A stretch of DNA of 33,835 nucleotides from Planctomycetota bacterium (GTDB taxonomy: Bacteria; Planctomycetota; Planctomycetia; Pirellulales; Lacipirellulaceae). Of this stretch, positions 1-8,433 are shown piece after piece. The translations under genes and the position numbers were made by a program. The notes below the pieces were generated by a model. It saw nothing but the letters and a program-made list of their open reading frames with translations, searched no databases and was not told the origin of the DNA. The stretch lies in the NCBI GenBank assembly GCA_039190745.1, contig JBCCXZ010000042.1:1-33835 (forward strand), read 5' to 3'. Each line of letters opens with the position of its first letter. Within the stretch, counting starts at the first letter, position 1.

Positions 1-386
1 AGGCTATGGAAAGCCGATCTTTGCGCGGCCGTCAGAGCAACCGACCGCGGCGTAGCGCCTTCCCGCCAGAAAGTGCCCAGTTGCGGAGCGGTCGAGAGCG
101 CAGCCTGAAACGACTCGGCGGTAAACGCGCAGTTGGTGAACTCCAACCGCACCGCGCCACGCCCTCGTACAGCGTGCCGCTGATCGGGACGGACAAAGCA
201 GAGCACGTCTGCCTTCAGCGGCAATTCTCCGGCGTCGGTGCTGTGCGTGCCGTGCCCGCGGTCTACGAAAAAACACTCGAAGAAGTCGTGCCGGTGCAGC
301 CCGGCGTTGTCACTCGGCAGGGCCTTCACGCTCGCCAGGTGGAGGCTCTTCCCGCCGGGGCAGATCGCAGACCAACGGAGTCTCAT
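1..386 (-). CDS. AraC-family transcriptional regulator (ChbR-like), N-terminal cupin ligand-binding domain; C-terminal part runs off the left edge
   Basis: Manual translation from ATG at 386 (minus): MRLRWSAICPGGKSLHLASVKALPSDNAGLHRHDFFECFFVDRGHGTH...LCFVRPDQRH. The HxHDFxE..V..GxGxH and FxRPxxxH motifs are typical of AraC cupin domains. The frame is open to the window edge, so the ORF track misses it. Confidence 0.8.
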   Translation of the reverse strand, partial: MRLRWSAICPGGKSLHLASVKALPSDNAGLHRHDFFECFFVDRGHGTHSTDAGELPLKADVLCFVRPDQRHAVRGRGAVRLEFTNCAFTAESFQAALSTAPQLGTFWREGATPRSVALTAAQRSAFHS

Positions 387-437
387 TGCGATATCAATAT
401 AGTAGAACTTTAGGTCAATCTAGAGCACTAAAGAATC

Positions 438-464
438 ATTATAAACGACTATCGTCCTAGTCAA
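438..464 (-). promoter_or_regulatory. Putative sigma70 promoter for the AraC gene
   Basis: Minus strand TTGACT (464-459), 15-bp spacer, perfect TATAAT (443-438), in an AT-rich divergent intergenic region. The spacer is short. Confidence 0.45.
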
Positions 465-541
465 TCGATTGGCGGTCGGGAGAAGTTGCCCCACTTCGGA
501 GCGGCGCCGCCAAGAATTGGGCCACGGGTGGGAGAGCGCCG

Positions 542-1354
542 ATGAGCCAGGCAGCACGTCTGACCGATGAGCAGGTCGCAAACTACAACAGCGAAGGTTA
601 CCTCCTGCCCAGGCTGAAGGTCTTTCAGCAGGAGAAGTTCGACGGGCTCGTCGGGCACTTCGAAAGCAAGCTCCGAGACTGGCCATCGGACGAGCGGCCC
701 GAGGCGATGGACACCCCCCACTTCGACGACCACCGGTTGAACGAGTGGGCCTTGGCCCCGGAGGTTGTCGATCTGGTGGAGCCGATCCTCGGCCCCGACA
801 TCCTTCTGTTCTCAACGCACTTCATTTGTAAACCGAAGGGCGACGGCCGTCGTGTGCCGTGGCACGAGGACAGCGCCTATTGGCGTCTTCTGCTTACGCC
901 GATGGAGGTCGTCACCGTGTGGCTGGCGATCGACCCGTCGACAACAGAGAACGGCTGCATGTACGTTATCCCGCGGACCCATAACACGGGTCGCAAAGGC
1001 TTCTCCGACTACGACCCGGTTGACACCGCCAAGAGCGTCTTCGAGACCGAGATCAAACCGGCACAGCGGCGCGACGAACTCGCCGTGCCATGTGTGCTCG
1101 AACCGAACGAGTGCTCGCTCCACGATGCGCGGACGCAGCACGGCAGCCCCCCCAACACTTCAGCCATACGGCGGTGCGGCTGGACGCTGCGTTTCATCCC
1201 CGCGACCACGCAACTCAACCCTGATTTTGCGGACAGGCAGTTGATGTACCTCGCCCGCGGTAAGAACGTGCTGGAGCAGCGGCTGGCCGACCCAACGAAA
1301 GATTATCCGGAGGTGATGCGGGCCCGACGCGAGACGGGCGTGAAGGCCCATTAG
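542..1354 (+). CDS. Phytanoyl-CoA dioxygenase (PhyH) family Fe(II)/2-oxoglutarate dioxygenase
   Basis: N-terminal LTDEQVANYNSEGY, FICKPKG, iron ligands WHED (HxD) and distal QHGS, VTVWLAIDPSTTENGCM, and the 2OG-binding Arg in NTSAIRR. Confidence 0.9.
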   Translation: MSQAARLTDEQVANYNSEGYLLPRLKVFQQEKFDGLVGHFESKLRDWPSDERPEAMDTPHFDDHRLNEWALAPEVVDLVEPILGPDILLFSTHFICKPKGDGRRVPWHEDSAYWRLLLTPMEVVTVWLAIDPSTTENGCMYVIPRTHNTGRKGFSDYDPVDTAKSVFETEIKPAQRRDELAVPCVLEPNECSLHDARTQHGSPPNTSAIRRCGWTLRFIPATTQLNPDFADRQLMYLARGKNVLEQRLADPTKDYPEVMRARRETGVKAH

Positions 1355-1580
1355 ACCGCGACCGAGTTGCCCTTCAACAGTCCTGCTGGTGAGACCGAAA
1401 GGCCAGCTGATCGAAAGGGCCGCTGTGGGCGTCGGGGTCATAGGAGCCCATCGAATGCCTAGTTAGAATGTGGTTCGTCGCACGGGTGCGGCGCGTGTAT
1501 CCGGCGGAGCCGGACGCATGCTTGTCAAAGTTAGTTAGCGCGACAGTGCTAGCCACCACAGAACTAGGAAATCGAGATCG

Positions 1581-3140
1581 ATGCTTCGATACCCACTTGT
1601 GTCCCTGCTTATATGCTTGGCAACCCTCACGGCGAGAGCGGAAGTCACTGTCACACCGCTGTTTTCTGACCATATGGTCCTGCAGCGTGAGTTCACCAAT
1701 CCCGTCTGGGGCCGGGCCGAGCCGGGCGAAGTGGTGACCGTATCGATTTCCGGGCAAACGCGGTCCGCGACGACCGGCGACGATGGCCGCTGGCGGGTTC
1801 TCCTCGACCCGTTGCCGGTCGGCGGTCCCCACCGGATGGCGATCGAAGGCTCGAACACGATCCACATCGAAGACATACTCGTGGGCGACGTGTGGCTCTG
1901 CTCGGGACAATCAAACATGCAGTGGACCGTCGAGCGTTCGAAGGATTCCGACCTCGAACGCTTGCTGGCGGATCACCCGAAGATCCGTTTCTTGATGGTC
2001 CCCAACCGCGTCGCCCAGAGCGACGACGAGTCGCTCCCCGCATCGTGGCTCGTCTGTTCTCCAGAGACAGTCGGCCCAAGCTACGCGGTGGCGTACTTCT
2101 TTGCCAAAACAGTGCACAAGGCAACGGGCGTGCCGATCGGCCTCTTGGAATCGGCCAGCGGCGGTTCTGCGATCGAGTCCTGGATTCCCCGGAGCACCCT
2201 CGAAGCCGACGGCCGCTTCGACCCGCTCTTAGAGAGCTGGGACGAACGGATCGAGCAGTACGATGAAGAAGCAGACCGGGACCGCTACCAGAAGCTGCTG
2301 GACGCACGCGCCGCGGCGGCGGAGCGTGCCAAAGCGGCCGGGCTTCCGGAACCCTCCTACCCCTGGCCGCCCGTGGTGCACCCGGCGGAGAGCAACAACC
2401 GCCCGGCCAACTGCTACCACGGGATGATCGCCCCGGTGGCAGGCTATGGGCTCAAGGGCGTCCTGTGGTACCAGGGCGAGTCGAACGCCGACCGGGCGTA
2501 CCAGTACCGCGAGCTCTTCCCGGTGTTGATCCAGAGCTGGCGCGGCCTGTGGCAGCGCGACGAGCTGCCGTTCTATTGGGTTCAGCTCGCCGGTTTTGCA
2601 GACGGGGGAGACAGCGCATGGCCTGAACTGCGCGAGGCGCAGTCACGCACTCTGGCGCTTCCATCAACAGGGCAGGCACTCGCGATCGACGTCGGGGAAG
2701 TGGACGACATCCACCCCCGCGACAAACAGACCGTGGGGCGTCGCCTGGCACGGATCGCTCTGGCCCGCGAGTACGGAGTGGAAATCGCTTACGAGAACCC
2801 CAGATTCGCTTCGATGTCCGTTGAAGGCGGCAAGGTTAAGCTGACCTGTACCGTCGAGGGGACCCTAGAAGCCCACAACGGCTGGGCGCCGAAGGGCTTT
2901 GAAATCGCTGGCGCCGACCGCGTGTTCCACCCCGCCGAAGCGAAAATCGTCGCCGCCGACCGCATCGTCGTGTGGAGCGAATCGGTCGTCGAGCCCGTGG
3001 CGGTCCGCTACGCCTGGGCCCGCAACCCGGTTGGCAACGTCCGCTCCGCAGTCGGCTTGCCGTTGGACCCGTTTAGAACAGACGACTGGGAAGGCGTCAC
3101 CGCCGGCAAGCAGCGTAAACCGGCCGGGTTTGGGCCGTAG
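1581..3140 (+). CDS. Secreted sialate O-acetylesterase / SASA-type carbohydrate esterase (SGNH)
   Basis: Signal peptide; LFSDHMVLQR; GDVWLCSGQSNM (catalytic Ser); WYQGESNA; DIHP (Asp-His); C-terminal FEIAG...PVAVRYAW...PFRTDDW. Confidence 0.93.
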   Translation: MLRYPLVSLLICLATLTARAEVTVTPLFSDHMVLQREFTNPVWGRAEPGEVVTVSISGQTRSATTGDDGRWRVLLDPLPVGGPHRMAIEGSNTIHIEDILVGDVWLCSGQSNMQWTVERSKDSDLERLLADHPKIRFLMVPNRVAQSDDESLPASWLVCSPETVGPSYAVAYFFAKTVHKATGVPIGLLESASGGSAIESWIPRSTLEADGRFDPLLESWDERIEQYDEEADRDRYQKLLDARAAAAERAKAAGLPEPSYPWPPVVHPAESNNRPANCYHGMIAPVAGYGLKGVLWYQGESNADRAYQYRELFPVLIQSWRGLWQRDELPFYWVQLAGFADGGDSAWPELREAQSRTLALPSTGQALAIDVGEVDDIHPRDKQTVGRRLARIALAREYGVEIAYENPRFASMSVEGGKVKLTCTVEGTLEAHNGWAPKGFEIAGADRVFHPAEAKIVAADRIVVWSESVVEPVAVRYAWARNPVGNVRSAVGLPLDPFRTDDWEGVTAGKQRKPAGFGP

Positions 3141-3184
3141 ACAACTACCCGGGCTGAGTTCGGGCCGCAACCAACTGGTTTGGA

Positions 3185-3571
3185 CTACGACCCGAAGCCT
3201 TCGCCGAGGTCGATCGTGTACTTGGTCTGCCCCTCGACGATCGTCATACCCCCCGGAACGTCGTGCCGTAGGACAGGCTCCCTGCCCGATCGCTTCCGAT
3301 CGGTCTGCTCCAGTGTCGCAGAGTAAGTGCCGATAGGCATCCAACCGATGTCGAACGTCCCATCGGCATTGATCGGGATCCCGAAGTGTTCGCCGTTCTT
3401 GTGGAAGATGAGCCGGAGCACAGTCTTCTGGCCTTCGGGAAAACTCACCTCGTCGCCGCCCTTCATCAGCCGACCGTTGAATTCTTCAATGGTCGGCTCT
3501 TTGTACTGGGCTTTGCAGCCAAGCACGAGAAGGGCGGCGATCAGCAGAAGTTGTGGAAACCGTCGGCACAT
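3185..3571 (-). CDS. Small lipoprotein of the kind encoded next to DUF1559 genes (carboxypeptidase-regulatory-like/transthyretin-like beta fold)
   Basis: Start re-called at ATG 3571 (AAAGGA SD upstream). Lipobox LVLG-C after a hydrophobic stretch; INADGTF...GMPIGTY-like pattern; lies directly downstream of a DUF1559 gene. Confidence 0.75.
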   Translation of the reverse strand: MCRRFPQLLLIAALLVLGCKAQYKEPTIEEFNGRLMKGGDEVSFPEGQKTVLRLIFHKNGEHFGIPINADGTFDIGWMPIGTYSATLEQTDRKRSGREPVLRHDVPGGMTIVEGQTKYTIDLGEGFGS

Positions 3572-3632
3572 CGACTCGAGTCCTTTTGGGTTGGGCGGGA
3601 AGACGTGCCGCCGCGGTTTACGATCAACGATT

Positions 3633-4706
3633 CTACTCGACGACCACCTCACCCCCGTGCGGGGTGAGCAGTCCGACCCAAGGCTCGTAGTCGATGTCGA
3701 ACGAGAACGAGCGGACGCTGCCGTCGCACATCGCGAACAGGCCGCCCGCGGGGTAGGGACTGCCCCAAGCGTTGAACGGTTCTACGTCCAGCGAGTCGGG
3801 GTAGATCATCAGGCTGAACTGGTACCACGCGGGCCAACCGGGCGCTAGGGCCCACTCTTCCCCGGGGATGTAGTCGTAGTACTTGGCCATGCCCGAGCCG
3901 ACAAGACTCCCCGCCATATAGTCTGTGGTATCCGGGGTGTGGGCCCGGGTAGTCCCGAAGTGGTGCGAGCCGGCTACGGTGATCGGGTGGTCCCGGCCAT
4001 CGCGGAGCGATCCATTGGAGAGCGTGAAGTCTCCCGGGCCCCGGTCATCGTACATCTGCGGAGGCAACGCCTTCGTCCCGATCATGACGGTGTTGCTGGT
4101 GCCGTCCTCGACCTGGTTCTGTTTGTACACGTCCCAAGCGCCCGGGTTGTTCGCCCACGCGGGGTTCTTGACCGGGTTGCCGGATGAGTCGGCCTTCGTC
4201 GCCATCCCGTTGCCGATGACCATCATGTTGGCCGCGTAGTCGGTAACAGGACCGCAAAGAGCAACGTTTTGCCAATAGTTCTTGGGGTCGTCAGTATTGA
4301 ACTCTTCACGCGACAACCCGCTGCCGGGCCGCGAAGGGTCGAGCAACACGGGGATAGGCACGTCGAACACCCAGTTCTCGTAGAGGTTGTTGTACTCCAT
4401 GTAGGGGAGCACCTTGTAGATCCAGCCGCAGGCGTCGACACGATCGGGCCTGGGTAGCAGGTCTTCAGGGGGTCCGAAGGCGTACCAGCCGTACTCAAAG
4501 ATGCCGTTGCCGGGGTACTTCGATTTGGAATCCATGTACCCGTGCACGGCCAGACTGAGCTGCTTCAGGTTGTTGAACGACTGGGCGCGCCTCGCCGCGC
4601 TGCGAGCCGCCTGGATAGCCGGCAGGAGCAGAGCCACGAGCACGCCAATAATGGCGATCACCACCAACAGTTCGACGAGGGTAAACCCCTTCTTCGCCTT
4701 ATTCAT
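3633..4706 (-). CDS. DUF1559 prepilin-type N-terminal cleavage/methylation protein (divergent, Y-X9-DG variant)
   Basis: Start re-called at ATG 4706. KKG/FTLVELLVVIAIIGVLVALLLPAIQAAR, NNLKQ, DGTSNT and C-terminal YPAGGLFAMCDGSVR. Confidence 0.92.
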   Translation of the reverse strand: MNKAKKGFTLVELLVVIAIIGVLVALLLPAIQAARSAARRAQSFNNLKQLSLAVHGYMDSKSKYPGNGIFEYGWYAFGPPEDLLPRPDRVDACGWIYKVLPYMEYNNLYENWVFDVPIPVLLDPSRPGSGLSREEFNTDDPKNYWQNVALCGPVTDYAANMMVIGNGMATKADSSGNPVKNPAWANNPGAWDVYKQNQVEDGTSNTVMIGTKALPPQMYDDRGPGDFTLSNGSLRDGRDHPITVAGSHHFGTTRAHTPDTTDYMAGSLVGSGMAKYYDYIPGEEWALAPGWPAWYQFSLMIYPDSLDVEPFNAWGSPYPAGGLFAMCDGSVRSFSFDIDYEPWVGLLTPHGGEVVVE

Positions 4707-4806
4707 TTGATTAGGTCCCGTATTGAAAAGCCTGTGATGAGGTGGCCGTTGATCCGCTTCAAGAAGCGGGCCGCCGGCCCAGGTTCGATTGCATGCCTCA
4801 TCGTTT

Positions 4807-4856
4807 ATTCTGCCACTCAATGAACTCCTGGTCAATTTCGATCGTTGTTTAACGAT
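4807..4856 (-). promoter_or_regulatory. Putative sigma70 promoter of the DUF1559-lipoprotein pair with an adjacent inverted-repeat operator
   Basis: Minus strand TTGACC (4835-4830)-N17-CAGAAT (4812-4807). Inverted repeat ATCGTT-N4-AACGAT at 4841-4856 lies just upstream of the -35. Confidence 0.5.
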
Positions 4857-5024
4857 TGCTCCTGAAACGCAGCGTGCGGCAGTCGTCGCGTTAGGCAGCA
4901 CTTAGGCAGCCAACTTGTATTCATGACGTTGTTGGACAGTCGGTTCCATGCAGGAAATGGGGCATCCGTAGTCGTGTTAGTCTTCTCACACTCAGCCTGT
5001 GGGCCGCCCCAACCGCATCGACTG

Positions 5025-8009
5025 TCACTGCGACTCTCGGGCGGCGAGGTACCCCCAGACGTAGCTGGTCGGCCCCATGTTCTGGCGGATCGTGAATTCG
5101 TTCATCAAAGGCCACAGGAAAAAGTCGACGTAGAACTCGGTCGACGGCCAAGTGCGGCTTGGCGGGTACATCGTCTTGGGCAGCATCCAGACGTGTACCC
5201 ATTCGTTGCTCTCGGCAAAATTAGGGAGCGATTCCGGCTCATAAGAGCCGTACATCGTAAGTCCCGCCGGCGCCGGCTGACCTGTGAAGCGGCTATCGAA
5301 GTGCAGCGGAGCGATCGGCGGGTCGTACCCCACCCCGGTCGTCATGGAGCGGTTGTCCGGGTTTGCGCCCGCTGAAAAGTTCGCCGAACGGACGATCCCA
5401 GCCAAGTACTTAGTCTTGCCGGTTAGGTAGTGCGCCCTAGGCAGGATCTGAGAATTCATCCCGGGGACCGTGAAGGACCCGACCGGCCCAATAAGCGGCA
5501 GGTCTGCTATCTCGGTCGTAAGCCCAAAGGCGTTGCCGCCTCCGTACTTGAGGGCCGCGTCGGCCTGTTTCTCGATCGCGGCGGCTATTTTTCGCTTCAG
5601 CCGGGTATCTCCGACGCCGTTCGGCAATCTTGCGTAGGTGAAACCCCCGCCCTGCGCGTCGATGACATGTGGCGCGACGCCCCATTCGTTCGTCTCTTGG
5701 AACGCCCGATCGTACTTCGGGTCGCCGGTTAGCATCAGCAACTCGGCGGCCGCGACGTTGCGTCCCTCCTTGTCGGAGACGCCGCCGTACCCCTTGCCGC
5801 CGTCGTCGGTGGTTTCTGCAAACTCGAACGCCCGCTTGGCGCTCTCGGAGTACTGCGTGCTCAGGTCTGCGTCATACTTTTTCAGCAACCTGGCCGCTCT
5901 TGCGGCAGTGGCCGCGTAGACGTAGCTCGATTCCCGGCTCGGGGCGTAGGCCATGAGGAGGAGACTGTCGCGGACCGAGTCTTCGCCCTTGCGGGGGTGC
6001 TTAGAGGACTCGATGCCGGCCGTGATGCCGCCGTTCTCGGCCTGCGTTCGGTAGAACACCCCGAGGCCCCAGAGGGCCTCGTTGAGGATATCCGGCAGGT
6101 CGTCGTTCGCTTCTGCCTCGGGGAGCGCGAGCTTGGTTTGCTCACAGAAATCCGGAAAGAGGTCCAGCAGCTCCAGGTGGAGATAGCTTGCCCAGAGGTG
6201 ATTGGCAGCGCGGTCGAAATCGCCGGCGTCGTTGTAGCCCCCCCATGCCTCGGGGACCACCTCATCCGTCACCCCGTCCACGAGCCCTTCGAACCAGTCC
6301 TTGTACTTGGTCTTAACGTGTGCTTCCCCACCCGAGGTTGTGCTCTGGTAGATCTTTACCCCGTCATCCGGATGGAAGGTCCGTGGTCGGACAAAATCGG
6401 TAAAGGGCGGGCCCAGCTCGATCCCGTTGCGTTGCGCAAGGAAGCCGTGCATCGACTGCCGGAACGAGTTCAGCCAAGTGTCTTCGCGGATGATGACTGG
6501 GTAGCTGACGCCCACGCCGGGCACGTGCACGAAGTAGGAGCCCGGCTTGTTGAACCCCGAAAAGTCCAAGGCGTAGACAGCCGTCTGGCTCAGGTTTTTT
6601 TTCGGACGCACCGCCTCGACGCCATCGAGCGCGAGCACCCGCTCGACATCGCCCTTGAAGACCGTCTCACCCTGGTCGTCTAGCAACTCAAACCGTTGGA
6701 CTCCGTCGTACACGTGGCCCCGTTTGTCGCCCATCCAAAGCGAGAGGAACGCGCGCTTGTACGGGTCGTCGGGGCGGTACCCGACATGGCTCGTGTGGAT
6801 CGCCTCGCTGCGGACGGCTCGAGGGCTGTGCGTGTAGTCGACCGCCTCCTCACGTGTGTTCAGGTACTTCAGCGTGACCTGATAAGTCGCGTCTTGCCGC
6901 AGTTCAGAGGGCAACTCCAAGTAGATGATGTGCCGAACCACCTGCTCGTTGTTCGGGTAGGCCCTGTTGAGGGGCTTGCTCTTACGGTGGACGGCGACGG
7001 GCCGAACGCCCTCGCCAAAGCCCGCGTCGTCGGCAGACGAAATCACGTACGTTTCGGGGTCTGAGACGGTCCGGAGTTCGAGCGGGTCGCCGCTCACGGT
7101 CTCGTTCGGAAAGAAGTACAGGTCTTCTGCATCAACACGCCCTCCCGCGATGAAGCCGACGCTCTGCAGTCTGCCGTTGACTTTGCGCTGCAAGATCCGC
7201 GAAGTGGGCGCCGTCCGCCTCGAACCGCCCTGCACGACCTCGACGTCAAAGCCTTCTCGAAGGATCTGGTCTCCAGGCTCGGGCTGATAGGGCACGAGCT
7301 TCTGCTGGTGGAAAACACCTTCGCGAATAGAAACCGCCAGGATATTGCGGTCGACAGCGTACACCCGCTCAACGGTCGGCGACTCTTCGCTGCGGAGGAT
7401 CTCGCCGCGAGCGACCCGCTTCTCCTTCTCGACTTCCGCCTGCGCGAGGCGGATCCGCTCGGCCCGTTCCGCCCGTGATGCAAGAATCTCGGGCGTGGGG
7501 TCAACTGCCGAGACACTGCTCAGACGGACTTCGATCCGCTCGTCCCGCCAGTTCCCCAGCACCTGGACTTGCTTCACTTCGGTGAGTAGCAGCGGCTCGC
7601 CCTCTGCGGGGTCCGCAAGAGAAGCGCCGTCCTGCGGCACGAGCGAGACCGGTTGACCCAGCTCCTGGCCCGTTAGTTCGTAAACAAAGGCGGCCTTCTT
7701 GCCTTTGGAATCCTGCAGGAGGACCTTTACCGCCCGGGCCTCGTTACCGCTACCGATTTCCAGGTGCAGCAACGGTGTTCGATTCTTTGAGGTCGAAAGG
7801 TCGAGGTTCAGGTTGTAACCAGTCCCGCCTTTGCCGTTGGGGGCAGAAACCGCAAGCCCACCATCCTTGACTTCTGGAACCCCCTCCCAAGAGCCGTAGC
7901 CGAAGAGAGGCGACCTGTTGAATTCCAAGACGGTTTGGCCTTCGGTACTGGCGAGTGCCTGGTGGGGCACCGCCGCGACCGCCAGAACGGCGATACAGTA
8001 GAGCTTCAC
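5025..8009 (-). CDS. Secreted multidomain glycoside hydrolase family 9 (N-terminal CBM-like domain, Ig-like domain, (alpha/alpha)6 catalytic domain)
   Basis: Start re-called at GTG 8009 (GGGAG SD; signal peptide ending ALA). Ig-like domain IHTSHVGYRPDDPYKRA; QRNG; GGYNDAGDFD (GH9 DAGD); PDILNEALWGL; C-terminal NEFTIRQN (catalytic Glu). Confidence 0.85.
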   Translation of the reverse strand: MKLYCIAVLAVAAVPHQALASTEGQTVLEFNRSPLFGYGSWEGVPEVKDGGLAVSAPNGKGGTGYNLNLDLSTSKNRTPLLHLEIGSGNEARAVKVLLQDSKGKKAAFVYELTGQELGQPVSLVPQDGASLADPAEGEPLLLTEVKQVQVLGNWRDERIEVRLSSVSAVDPTPEILASRAERAERIRLAQAEVEKEKRVARGEILRSEESPTVERVYAVDRNILAVSIREGVFHQQKLVPYQPEPGDQILREGFDVEVVQGGSRRTAPTSRILQRKVNGRLQSVGFIAGGRVDAEDLYFFPNETVSGDPLELRTVSDPETYVISSADDAGFGEGVRPVAVHRKSKPLNRAYPNNEQVVRHIIYLELPSELRQDATYQVTLKYLNTREEAVDYTHSPRAVRSEAIHTSHVGYRPDDPYKRAFLSLWMGDKRGHVYDGVQRFELLDDQGETVFKGDVERVLALDGVEAVRPKKNLSQTAVYALDFSGFNKPGSYFVHVPGVGVSYPVIIREDTWLNSFRQSMHGFLAQRNGIELGPPFTDFVRPRTFHPDDGVKIYQSTTSGGEAHVKTKYKDWFEGLVDGVTDEVVPEAWGGYNDAGDFDRAANHLWASYLHLELLDLFPDFCEQTKLALPEAEANDDLPDILNEALWGLGVFYRTQAENGGITAGIESSKHPRKGEDSVRDSLLLMAYAPSRESSYVYAATAARAARLLKKYDADLSTQYSESAKRAFEFAETTDDGGKGYGGVSDKEGRNVAAAELLMLTGDPKYDRAFQETNEWGVAPHVIDAQGGGFTYARLPNGVGDTRLKRKIAAAIEKQADAALKYGGGNAFGLTTEIADLPLIGPVGSFTVPGMNSQILPRAHYLTGKTKYLAGIVRSANFSAGANPDNRSMTTGVGYDPPIAPLHFDSRFTGQPAPAGLTMYGSYEPESLPNFAESNEWVHVWMLPKTMYPPSRTWPSTEFYVDFFLWPLMNEFTIRQNMGPTSYVWGYLAARESQ

Positions 8010-8433
8010 AGTTTTCTCCCGGATTGGGGAACAGCCGAATAGGCAAAAGGGATGTGAGAAGCGTGGATTTCGAGGAGCTGAACGGTCGTGAAAAGGAGCA
8101 AGTAGCGGAAAGGCCTCCACGAGGTAACGTGGCTAAGCCAATGTACCAAATTCCCAAACTGGCATCAACTACTATGAATTGCGGCCAAAGGCTCCAACCT
8201 ATACGATTAGGCTAACGCGATATTTGGTCTCAAGCAAGCTATTTCTGGCGACTCGACGAATTGTCGGAGTCGATGCAACGGTTGTTCCAGTCGACGCTCC
8301 GTCTGATGGCCCGCCAGCGAAGCCAGAACAACGTCCCGGCGACTTTTCAACCACTCAGCTCTTCTCGACTGCCCATCCGCATTGCCCTTCCAACAGATGG
8401 GCTCGACGGACGAGATCATAAGGACCCCCGAAG

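Noticed and set aside
1369..1420. Hammerhead-ribozyme-like string CTGGTGAGACCGAAAGGCC inside a stem-loop after the PhyH gene
   Set aside because: The core reads CUGGUGA rather than CUGANGA and the required GAAA does not follow stem II. It is most likely an ordinary 3' hairpin with a GAAA tetraloop.
4841..4856. ATCGTT...AACGAT as a ModE box
   Set aside because: It lacks the TATAT segments and spacing of ModE sites and lies about 8 kb from the mod genes.
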